Shown here in pieces: positions 22,668 through 31,025 of a stretch of DNA of 32,000 nt; within the stretch, counting starts at the first letter, position 1, and each line of letters starts with the position of its first letter. This DNA is from Candidatus Woesearchaeota archaeon (GTDB lineage Archaea > Nanobdellota > Nanobdellia > Woesearchaeales > GW2011-AR9), in the NCBI GenBank assembly GCA_016203205.1, contig JACQNE010000014.1:1-32000 (forward strand), given 5' to 3'. Below the pieces are notes generated by a model. The model ran no database searches. It worked only from the letters and a program-made list of their open reading frames with translations, and was not told the origin of the DNA. Position numbers and translations under genes: made by a program.

Positions 22668-25187
22668 ATGCTGGAAAGATTAGTCGAACGTTTTACAAGA
22701 AGAACATCCCGCCTATTTTTAGCGTTAGCTTTGACAGCGGGATGCCATTATGGGCCAAACCTCCCCTCTTCTGGCTATGCGGAAGGAGACACGACCCAAT
22801 TATACGATGCAACAAGTGATTCTACACAGGATGCATCTGCCGAGGACGGCCAATCGGACGACGGAATTGACACGGGGGGGAGAGGGTACAATGTTGTGAT
22901 CCCGTCTTCCCTCTTGGATATTCACATTCTTTCCCTTTTTGATACACAAGAAGATGACTCTGGAGAAACCAATGTTTCGCCAGGTTATGATCCAGAGAAT
23001 TGCCCCGACGGGAATAAAAATACCTGGTGTGCTGACCGGGATGGTGATGGCTTTGGCAACAAGAGCGAGAACAAATTCGATTGTTTTCCACCACCGGGTG
23101 AAGTTAAATATACAAAGAATTGCGGTGACTGTAACGATAAGAAAGAAATAAATAAGTTTGGTGTGTATGGCGCTGACGTGTATCCCGGCGCGGTGGAACT
23201 GTGCAACTTAGTCGATGATGATTGTGATGGCAAGACTGATGAGGATCTTCTTGAAAAATGCTCCACCGACTGCGGACCGGGCTACAACGAGTGCATTAGC
23301 GGCCAGTGGGTCTGCGATGCACCTCTGCCGACAGCAGAGATCTGTGATGGGTACGATAATGATTGCAATAACATTATTGACGACAGCTTTCCGATAACGG
23401 AAGAACAATGCGGCCCACAGGACGAAGAAGGCAATTATATTACAGTAGGAGTCTGCAAGCCCGGTGTTAGTGTAACTTATTGCGATTCCCTTGCCGGTAA
23501 GATGACTACCACTGCTTGTGATGCTTTTTTTCCGCAAGGGGAGATCTGCGATAATTACGACAATGATTGCGACGGCAAAACAGATGAAGATTTTATGGTT
23601 GGCGAACTTTGTTATGTTGGTATCGGCGAATGCGTCAATAAAGGGCAGTTTGAATGTCTATCTGACCTAGTGCAGGTGTACTGCGATGCGATGCCCAAAG
23701 ACTCCGGCGAAGAGATCTGCGATGGGAAAGACAATGATTGTGACGGGCAGACGGATGAATATGAAGATATTGCCCCTCAGCTGGAATCGATCGAAGAACT
23801 ATGCGCTTCGGCGTGCGGAAGTGGAGACTGGCTTTGCATCGACGGACAGATCTCTTGCAGTGCGCCTCTTCCGAAAGAAGAGATCTGCAACGGGTATGAC
23901 GATGATTGCGATAAAGTCATCGACAATGGATATAATGTCGGCCAGCCCTGCACCTTGGGAGCTGGCGCGTGTATGGACATCGGCGAGATGGTCTGCACGC
24001 CCAGTGGATTGAGCACGATCTGCAACGCCGCACCGGGGAAACCAGAACCAGAATCATGTGATGGCGTCGATAACGATTGTGATCTGTATATCGACGAACT
24101 CCCGGACATTCAGTTTCAGCTGGATCAGGTTTTTGCAGAAAACGGCATCTGCCAGACCGACTGCGGACCAGGCGAATATATTTGTTTCCAAGGGAGCATC
24201 GCGTGCAACGCTCCAGAACCCGGTATTGAAGTATGCAACGGCCTGGACGATGATTGTGACGGGCTGATAGACGAAGATTATGTGCAGATGGGCTTAGGAA
24301 AACCTTGCGAAGTAGGCATCGGAGCATGTTATGATAAAGGGAATTATGTCTGTACCAAAGATGGTAAAAGTATTGTCTGCAATGCCGTTGAAGGCCAGCC
24401 GCTGGAAGAGATGTGCAACGATCACGTCGATAATGACTGCGACGGCCTGGTTGATGAGGATTGCTGTGATGACGCCGAGCCGATCAAAGATATTGTTCCC
24501 TGTAAAGAACTTGTTCTTTATTTCAAGATAGATGATACGGGCAGTATGGCTGGGGCGATCTATCAAGCTGGTCAGCTTTCAAAGGAGATTGGCACAACTA
24601 TTTTCTCATCTGTTGATAAGGTCAATTTTGGATTAGGAACATTTAAAGACACAGAAGGAGAACAGATAGAGTATGGTCTTCTGCCTTATGACGAATGGAA
24701 AGTTATTGTTCAAAGTATTAAAGTAAGTGGAGGCGGTGACGCTCCTGAATCTTCTCTCAATTCGCTCTACGAGATGCTGGGACAGGATTGGGCTGACGCC
24801 GTGGGAGTTTCTGGACCTGATAAAGTAAGTATCTATGCCATCCATATGACTGATGCTGCCTGGCATAAAGATGGAGATGGGACCAGCTACTCGACGGGAT
24901 TAACGATTTCTGGTACTGCTCAAGAATTTGTTGCAGAAAAGATAAATTACATTGGGATTAGTTTTTCCAGTACCGATTATGGCCTTGCGGATATGGCTCT
25001 GTTTGAAAGCAAGTATCCAGAGGGTAGCAAACCAACTGCGTCGATGTATAAGTTTTACAACTCTTCTTCAACTTCAACTCTGGCGGGAATCGTTGCTGCG
25101 GAAATCATGGAGAACGAACCGCTGCAATCTTGGACGCAGTGTATCGATGGAAAATATGTACAGAAGAATGGCATCTGTGAGCAGTGA
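22668..25187 (+). CDS. secreted/lipobox-like cysteine-rich repeat protein with C-terminal vWA-like domain
   Basis: 839 aa with a signal-like N-terminus LFLALALTAGC. Eight C-x-x-x-D-[ND]-D-C-[DN]-x-x-x-D motifs are present. The C-terminal segment YFKIDDTGSMAG...HMTDAAWH resembles a vWA MIDAS. Confidence 0.85.
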   Translation: MLERLVERFTRRTSRLFLALALTAGCHYGPNLPSSGYAEGDTTQLYDATSDSTQDASAEDGQSDDGIDTGGRGYNVVIPSSLLDIHILSLFDTQEDDSGETNVSPGYDPENCPDGNKNTWCADRDGDGFGNKSENKFDCFPPPGEVKYTKNCGDCNDKKEINKFGVYGADVYPGAVELCNLVDDDCDGKTDEDLLEKCSTDCGPGYNECISGQWVCDAPLPTAEICDGYDNDCNNIIDDSFPITEEQCGPQDEEGNYITVGVCKPGVSVTYCDSLAGKMTTTACDAFFPQGEICDNYDNDCDGKTDEDFMVGELCYVGIGECVNKGQFECLSDLVQVYCDAMPKDSGEEICDGKDNDCDGQTDEYEDIAPQLESIEELCASACGSGDWLCIDGQISCSAPLPKEEICNGYDDDCDKVIDNGYNVGQPCTLGAGACMDIGEMVCTPSGLSTICNAAPGKPEPESCDGVDNDCDLYIDELPDIQFQLDQVFAENGICQTDCGPGEYICFQGSIACNAPEPGIEVCNGLDDDCDGLIDEDYVQMGLGKPCEVGIGACYDKGNYVCTKDGKSIVCNAVEGQPLEEMCNDHVDNDCDGLVDEDCCDDAEPIKDIVPCKELVLYFKIDDTGSMAGAIYQAGQLSKEIGTTIFSSVDKVNFGLGTFKDTEGEQIEYGLLPYDEWKVIVQSIKVSGGGDAPESSLNSLYEMLGQDWADAVGVSGPDKVSIYAIHMTDAAWHKDGDGTSYSTGLTISGTAQEFVAEKINYIGISFSSTDYGLADMALFESKYPEGSKPTASMYKFYNSSSTSTLAGIVAAEIMENEPLQSWTQCIDGKYVQKNGICEQ
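23028..24461 (+). repeat. in-frame coding repeats (Cys/Asp-rich modules, about 113-120-aa super-repeats)
   Basis: Super-repeat boundaries fall at about 23259, 23763 and 24102. Module A reads C(S/A/Q)(T/S)(D/A)CG(P/S)G...C...(P)LP...E(I/V)C. Module B reads G(E/Q/K)(L/P)C..G.G.C...G...C...........C. Each module ends in a DNDCD motif. Confidence 0.8.
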
Positions 25188-25195
25188 TTATCTTT

Positions 25196-25237
25196 AGAGG
25201 ACTGTGCTCATTCCTGATCCGCGGTGTAAAGTCCTCT
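25196..25237. terminator. hairpin between convergent genes
   Basis: AGAGGACT (25196-25203) pairs with AGTCCTCT (25230-25237). CTCATTCCT occurs twice in the same region. Function is unproven. Confidence 0.25.
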
Positions 25238-25246
25238 CATTCCTCC

Positions 25247-26227
25247 TTATCTTTTCTTATACACTTCCGGATTGACGGCGTGCGGCGCTTTTTTCCCTCT
25301 CAAAACTGCCAGAATATTCTTTGCCGCAATCACTGACATCGCCTGGCGTGCTTCCAGCGTTGCTGATGCCGTATGAGGAGTAAGTATTACATTAGGGAGT
25401 TTGTTCAATCCCGGAGCGAGCTTAGGTTCAAACTCATAGACGTCAAGCCCTGCGCCGGCAATCATCTTTTTCTGTAACGCCCGCACCAACGCTCTTTCAT
25501 CGACAACTGGACCGCGTGACGTGTTGATAAGATATGCCGTCTTCTTCATCATTCTTAGTTCTTTTGCGCCGATGAGATGACGGGTTGCCGGAAGAAGCGG
25601 GACATGCAGACTGACAAAATCAGCGGTTTTGAGCAACACCTCTTTAGAAACGAAGCGGGCCTGGAATTTTTTTTCAAATGCAGGATTACGCTGGACATCA
25701 GTATAGGTCACCTGCATCCCCATCGCCCGCGCTTTCTCGGCAACGCTGCTGCCGATCCGGCCCAGCCCCACAATGCCCAAGACTTTGCCTTTAAGCTGCG
25801 GACCGAGGAAAAGCAGTGGTTCCCAGCTTTTGTATTTTCCTCTACGCGTGAAGCGGTCTGCTTCGACGAGATGTTTGCTGATCGCGAACAATAACGCAAA
25901 CGTATGCTCCGCGACAGCATCTTCTAATACGCCGGGTGTATTCGTCACCGGAATACTTTTACTGGTTGCAGATGTGACATCGATGTTGTCAAAACCGACG
26001 GCATAATTAGCGACGATCTTTAGTTTTGGATTGGCATCAAGCACTTCTTTGTCGATCCTTTCCGTAAGCAGCGGCAGAAGAGCATCACACCATTTCACGC
26101 CGCGGAGCAGCTCTTGGCGCGGTATGGGCTGATTTTGGGGATAGATCCGAACATCACACGTTTTTTTTAATAATTGTATTCCGCTATCCGCTATTTTTCG
26201 GGTGATGAACACTTTGGGGCGGGGCAT
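25247..26227 (-). CDS. D-isomer-specific 2-hydroxyacid dehydrogenase (glyoxylate/hydroxypyruvate reductase-like)
   Basis: 326 aa with the NAD motif GIVGLGRIGSSVA. The catalytic-region strings NTSRGPVVDE and TPHTASAT are present. Confidence 0.9.
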   Translation of the reverse strand: MPRPKVFITRKIADSGIQLLKKTCDVRIYPQNQPIPRQELLRGVKWCDALLPLLTERIDKEVLDANPKLKIVANYAVGFDNIDVTSATSKSIPVTNTPGVLEDAVAEHTFALLFAISKHLVEADRFTRRGKYKSWEPLLFLGPQLKGKVLGIVGLGRIGSSVAEKARAMGMQVTYTDVQRNPAFEKKFQARFVSKEVLLKTADFVSLHVPLLPATRHLIGAKELRMMKKTAYLINTSRGPVVDERALVRALQKKMIAGAGLDVYEFEPKLAPGLNKLPNVILTPHTASATLEARQAMSVIAAKNILAVLRGKKAPHAVNPEVYKKR

Positions 26228-26334
26228 GAGAAAGTGGATGATTTTTGGTTATATAAAGATTATTCACTATGAGATAAGGGTTAAGGGGAGAAATGACCAG
26301 AACTTTTTTATAAGAAAGTAATTTTTCCAAGAAT

Positions 26335-26973
26335 ATGGCAGAACGGGACGGTTGGTCGCAAAAAGGATTAGAACATTTTATTCAAAATCTAGCCCAAAAG
26401 TATCCCTCCGAAGCCGTTGCCGAAATCGCCTACTGTCCAACATGTAAAGAATACAGCGCTGCATTGGAAAGACATATGCCCGAACGGCATAAGAATGCTG
26501 GTTGGGTGGCCATGCTCTGGGAAAAAGCGAAGACAAAAAAAACTCTGGCCACAACCATCACCGATCCTGACTTTCTCGGAAAGCATACACCTTCATTGAT
26601 CGTTGTGTATCCTGAAATCCAAGGATATTCCCCAGAAGAATGTCTGTCCATCATCAAAGATCATGCATATGTCTATGCTCAGGATTGGTTTGACGGCATC
26701 CCCATCAACGCCACGCGGCGCATAACTGCAGAAGAAGGAGAGCATTTCTTGAGAAAGACAATTTATGGCATCCTGGAAGCACGAGCGTATCGGCATCAAT
26801 TAGCGGTCATGCCCGAGCACTTGAAGGAAGAAAGAATGGGGCGGACGGCAAAACAGAGATATCAAGAGCATCTTCGCGCGTTGGATCTGCTTTCATATTC
26901 AATATTAATGCCTCTGGAACGGGAGACGATCAAGCTGTTTCTGAAAGAAGTGGGGTACACTCCCCAGAAATGA
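26335..26973 (+). CDS. hypothetical protein, paralog 1 (CxxC...HxxxxH present, HExxH degenerate)
   Basis: 212 aa. It carries YCPTCKEYSAALERHMPERH. The position equivalent to the paralog's HExxH reads DHAYVYAQDW. The next gene starts 12 nt downstream. Confidence 0.7.
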   Translation: MAERDGWSQKGLEHFIQNLAQKYPSEAVAEIAYCPTCKEYSAALERHMPERHKNAGWVAMLWEKAKTKKTLATTITDPDFLGKHTPSLIVVYPEIQGYSPEECLSIIKDHAYVYAQDWFDGIPINATRRITAEEGEHFLRKTIYGILEARAYRHQLAVMPEHLKEERMGRTAKQRYQEHLRALDLLSYSILMPLERETIKLFLKEVGYTPQK

Positions 26974-26985
26974 GGGCAAGTCAAC

Positions 26986-27621
26986 ATGGTCTCAGAGAGA
27001 TATTGGACCGATCATTCGCTGGAAGAATATCTTGGTTCATTTCTAGAAGAACATCCCCACGCGGCAGTTTCAGAGATAGTCTATTGTCCGACAGAAAAAC
27101 GATTCCAACAAGTATTGAAAAAATCTTTTCCACAGCATGTGTGGAGCCCGCAAAAAGTAGGCTTACTCTGGTTTAGAATGCAATTTGCCGAGACGGCGAT
27201 GTCGGTAATGTACGATATAAACCGGCTGGGTACGAGTATTCCCGCGGTCATCGTGGGGTATCCACCAACTCTCTTAGTGCAGGAAGATGAACTTGTCTCG
27301 ATCATCCGAGATCATGAATATGTCCATGCCTCAGATTGGAGCGCTGGGATCCCAATCAATTCTCAATATCGGATCACAACCCAAAATAAAGATCAATTAA
27401 TTTTAGATACGATTAACGCGATCATGGAAGTACGTGCATATGAGCATCAGTTGGAAGCCATGCCTCTGGAATGGAAAGAACGATCTATTTTTGACACGAT
27501 ATCTTCCAACCATTCTCGGCATTATCAGTTTTTGAGAAGCCGCCTTGCCGCTGAAGATTCATCACCTTCGGAAAAAAATATTATTCAGGATTTCTTAAGA
27601 GCGCTCAATTTCTCTCCATAA
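26986..27621 (+). CDS. hypothetical HExxH protein, paralog 2
   Basis: 211 aa, colinear with 26335..26973 at roughly 30% identity by eye. It carries DHEYVHASDW (HExxH), but the CxxC position is degenerate (YCPTEKRF). Confidence 0.7.
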   Translation: MVSERYWTDHSLEEYLGSFLEEHPHAAVSEIVYCPTEKRFQQVLKKSFPQHVWSPQKVGLLWFRMQFAETAMSVMYDINRLGTSIPAVIVGYPPTLLVQEDELVSIIRDHEYVHASDWSAGIPINSQYRITTQNKDQLILDTINAIMEVRAYEHQLEAMPLEWKERSIFDTISSNHSRHYQFLRSRLAAEDSSPSEKNIIQDFLRALNFSP

Positions 27622-30112
27622 ATCTTCGGTTGATCTCGATATGTTCTAGCACCTGTTTCACGACCAGCTTGACATCATCCCGCATGTTCTTTTTTAACGA
27701 GAAGAATTGGGCGATGTCGTTCTCCATCTTTTCCTCAGAACACGAGGACATCGTCTTGACAAAAGTGCCAAGCATGTGCGTGCCGCTGGTGAATTTTTTT
27801 AAAAATTGCGGCCAGTGTTTTTTTGTCCACGACCAGAGGAGGGTGTTCATTCCAGGATTCAGCGAGATCATGATCGGGATCATATATGAATCCTGCAGAC
27901 GGACGCCGGAGAGAGAGAACGCTAAGGCCTTTTCGACGAACGCTTTCTGACGAAACATGCCGATAGCGCGCAGAAGACGGCGGCTTTCTTCCGGCAGCGT
28001 TTCTTTCTGGTATTGCTGGATAAAATAAGTGAACATCTTCTCGTCTCCTTGGCGTGCGGCGAGCAGGTATATTGTACTTCTAAGATTTTGATCGACGGAA
28101 CCATGGCCGTGCTGAAGCTGTTGAAAGAGTTCCTTTCCTTTTTTAAGCGTCTCCGCATGTCCGGCTAATCCCAGATTACTGATGACCTGAGAACGGAGAA
28201 GAGTCGTGGTATTACGTTCATTTTTGACACGCCGCCAACCGACTTTTTTCAGTTGTTCCAGATGGAAAAGCAGGCTTGTTCTTCTCACAGCATCTTCCAG
28301 AGTACTTCCCGCAGCCAGACGGAGAAGCCAGCCGAGGTGTCCGGAAATGCTGGAATTTAAAGGATATTCCGCATCAAGACAATACTGTTCGACAAAGCCG
28401 AGATATTCAGCGAGAGAATATTGTCGCGAGACCATCAGCGAGAAGAGATCATTCTCCAGGCCGGCGGCATCCAGTGAGGAAAGTTTTTTCCGGCGCAGGG
28501 CATTTCCTAATTGCGCCAGAAGTGGCGCGTCGTATGTAACGCGATAAAATCCCGGCTGGCCGTGGTTTACTTTAATCCAGTGAGCAGAAGAGGGGAAGGA
28601 TGTCGTTTTCTCCCGGAGAATGGTTGTTCCGGCTTTACCCTGATCCGTGAAATAGCGCAGAGGAATGATCCAGCTCTCAGAATGCTGTTTTCCCAGAAGA
28701 GAGAAACGCTGCTGTGAAAGATAATATTTATTTTTCTCTTTTTTTACGGAAACAAGCGGGTAACCGGATTGGGTGATCCAACCGTGCACCATGGTCGAGA
28801 CAAAATTCTCTTGTTTAGCTTCCTGAATCGCCGTCCAGAGATCGTGTTTCGTCGCATTCTGGTACGCATGTTTTCTGAGATAGAGCGTGAGACCCTGGCG
28901 GAACGCAGCTTCTCCGACCGCGTCTTCGAGCATATGTAAGACACTGCCGCCTTTGTCGTAGCTGATGTTATCAAAGATCTCGTCAATCTCGCCCGGCGTA
29001 TTGACATGGACATTAATGGGATGTGTTGCTTCAATCTCATCGGCAGAAAGAGCGTCGGCAATTGTATCTTCAAAATATTGAAGAGGTAAATCCCAGGCCG
29101 GAAAAGCATCATTGACGGCTTTGTAACTCATAAATGTAGCAAAACTTTCATTGAGCCAGAGATCATCCCACCACTGCATCGTCACGAGATTGCCAAACCA
29201 TTGGTGAGCAAGTTCATGCGCGATGGTGATGGCAATATTCTGTTTCACGGCAACAGAGGTCTTTTCATCTCCCAGCACAGCGATCTCACGGAAGGTGATC
29301 GCACCCCAATTCTCCATCGCGCCGGCGGCAAAGTCGGGGATCGCAATGATATCCACTTTTGGAAGAGGATACTTCACTTGAAAATATTTCTCAAAAAAAG
29401 CTAAAAATTTTTTGGTATAGCCCAACGCGAGCGGGGCAAGATGGATCTTTTCAGGAGTAGTGAGCACACGGATCAGAATATGGCGATGCTTGGTCTGGAT
29501 AGATTGGAAATTTCCAATACCTAGATAGAGGAGATACGTTGACATCCGCGGGGAAGTAAGGAAAGAAACTTGTTTTTGATTATTCTGAAGAGTTTTTTCT
29601 TTCTTGATCGGCATGTTAGAGATAGTGAAGAGATTCCGGTCTACGATGAATGAGACGTCAAATGTCGCTTTGAATGCCGGCTCGTCAAAGCAGGGAAAAG
29701 CTGCTCGCGCATTAGCGGCCTCGAACTGAGAAGTGAGAAGATATTCTGTCTTTCCTTTGTGCTGATAGGAACTGCGATAGAAACCGTACATCCCCTCGTT
29801 ATGCCTTCCGGTGAACTGCAGGTGGATCTGGGCTTGACCATGGACAGCTTGGGGAAAAGTAAGAGTTAATTCTTCTTTCTGAGGATTATAGTGTGTTTTC
29901 CCGGCAAGCGAGAGATTTCTCTGGCGAAGTTCTGCTGTTTTGATCTGAAGTTCTTTGGCATGGAGTTTAATCGTTTTGGTGGGTTCTTTGATGGAAACAA
30001 CGATGTACGCCGTTCCTTTAAAAGTGAATGTTTTAAAGTCTGGCTCGAAGAGAAGATCGTAATGAGAAGGGAGGATGTTCGTTCCGAGTGTCTGATGTAT
30101 TTGCGTTTCCAC
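27605..30112 (-). CDS. pepN: M1-family aminopeptidase (aminopeptidase N / tricorn-interacting-factor-like)
   Basis: 835 aa with GAMENWG and HELAHQWFGNLVT...WLNESFA. The apparent start codon is GTG at 30112. Confidence 0.9.
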   Translation of the reverse strand: METQIHQTLGTNILPSHYDLLFEPDFKTFTFKGTAYIVVSIKEPTKTIKLHAKELQIKTAELRQRNLSLAGKTHYNPQKEELTLTFPQAVHGQAQIHLQFTGRHNEGMYGFYRSSYQHKGKTEYLLTSQFEAANARAAFPCFDEPAFKATFDVSFIVDRNLFTISNMPIKKEKTLQNNQKQVSFLTSPRMSTYLLYLGIGNFQSIQTKHRHILIRVLTTPEKIHLAPLALGYTKKFLAFFEKYFQVKYPLPKVDIIAIPDFAAGAMENWGAITFREIAVLGDEKTSVAVKQNIAITIAHELAHQWFGNLVTMQWWDDLWLNESFATFMSYKAVNDAFPAWDLPLQYFEDTIADALSADEIEATHPINVHVNTPGEIDEIFDNISYDKGGSVLHMLEDAVGEAAFRQGLTLYLRKHAYQNATKHDLWTAIQEAKQENFVSTMVHGWITQSGYPLVSVKKEKNKYYLSQQRFSLLGKQHSESWIIPLRYFTDQGKAGTTILREKTTSFPSSAHWIKVNHGQPGFYRVTYDAPLLAQLGNALRRKKLSSLDAAGLENDLFSLMVSRQYSLAEYLGFVEQYCLDAEYPLNSSISGHLGWLLRLAAGSTLEDAVRRTSLLFHLEQLKKVGWRRVKNERNTTTLLRSQVISNLGLAGHAETLKKGKELFQQLQHGHGSVDQNLRSTIYLLAARQGDEKMFTYFIQQYQKETLPEESRRLLRAIGMFRQKAFVEKALAFSLSGVRLQDSYMIPIMISLNPGMNTLLWSWTKKHWPQFLKKFTSGTHMLGTFVKTMSSCSEEKMENDIAQFFSLKKNMRDDVKLVVKQVLEHIEINRRFMERN

Positions 30113-30223
30113 CGGAAAAGGCTGCTTTAAAGGTTAATAAAGATTACGATTTAAAAGCACAATTCAGAAGGGGAGTGTTATATTCAATTCAAAAGTTTGC
30201 TAAAATTAGAAAAGGCAGGAGAC

Positions 30224-30709
30224 TTACTCAGATGGTTTGTAACCAGAAATCATTAGAAACCCTTGACCAGCCATTTGTCTTGCTGTTGCGTCATCCATTC
30301 CAAGTGTTTTGGCACTCATAACATCCCACATTCCTAATGTTTTTCCTAATGCCATAACTCTTAATGCACCTTCTTGTTCCATACCCATATTTGGTGCCAA
30401 TTCAATGTATGATGGACCACCAGCAAGTCTTTCTGGTTGTGGATAAGCTCTCATTTGTTCTGCTAAAGCTCCTCTATATTGTTCCGCTCTAGCTTTATCC
30501 ACAACAACATCTACAAAAATCATATCAACTTTATCAAAATTATCTCCAGATGGAGCTTCACTTATGTGATCATAACCGAATAGTTCTACGACATCAACAT
30601 TTCCAACCCGTCCTCTTTCAACAGATTCTCCTTTTCTAAATACTCTTGTTGAGTCTTGAACAATATCATATAATTTTTGCGCGTTCATACTATCTGAAAT
30701 AAATAGCAT
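30224..30709 (-). CDS. hypothetical protein in AT-rich islet
   Basis: 161-aa ORF in which I recognised no motif. A spot count of 30481-30540 gives 19/60 G+C. Confidence 0.6.
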   Translation of the reverse strand: MLFISDSMNAQKLYDIVQDSTRVFRKGESVERGRVGNVDVVELFGYDHISEAPSGDNFDKVDMIFVDVVVDKARAEQYRGALAEQMRAYPQPERLAGGPSYIELAPNMGMEQEGALRVMALGKTLGMWDVMSAKTLGMDDATARQMAGQGFLMISGYKPSE

Positions 30710-30790
30710 ATTTATAAATCTGTTGGTGATTTACTATATTAAAGTTAATATTAAATACGCCCGAATTCTGAACTCAAAATCCTTCGGATT

Positions 30791-30994
30791 TTGCCCCGCT
30801 GCGCTCGCTCAAAAAGGACTGATCCTATTTGTAACGGTTCGAAAATGCCAGCTGAAGATAAAAAGCTACGATATACTGACTGTGTTAATACCAAAAACGC
30901 CTTTAGGCTGATTCAATCAATTCCCTCCAAGAAGGCAGAACCGTTTAAGAGGTGGTTAGCTCCAGTGGGCAACGAATATTTTAAATACTTTTAA
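30791..30994 (+). pseudogene. truncated Bro-N-domain-like fragment (phage/mobile-element antirepressor family remnant)
   Basis: KLRYTDCVNTKNAFRLIQSIPSKKAEPFKRWLAPVGNE matches the C-terminal half of Bro-N domains as I recall them (...LIQSIPSPKAEPFK.WLA.VG.E). The N-terminal half is missing and a stop follows shortly after. Confidence 0.5.
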
Positions 30995-31025
30995 TCATTC
31001 ATTTCTCCTAAAAAGAGGTAAAGAT

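Noticed and set aside
22822-24866. Many 60-136-aa ORFs in alternative frames and on the opposite strand inside 22668..25187; the periodic DNA repeats could also be mistaken for a CRISPR-like array.
   Set aside because: The periodicity comes from in-frame protein repeats (GAT/GAC/TGC-rich codons). The repeat units are not identical in DNA and have no unique spacers. The nested ORFs are frame shadows.
30830-30850. GGTTCGAAA resembles a tRNA T-arm.
   Set aside because: No acceptor, D or anticodon stems can be drawn around it. It lies inside the Bro-N-like fragment's reading frame.
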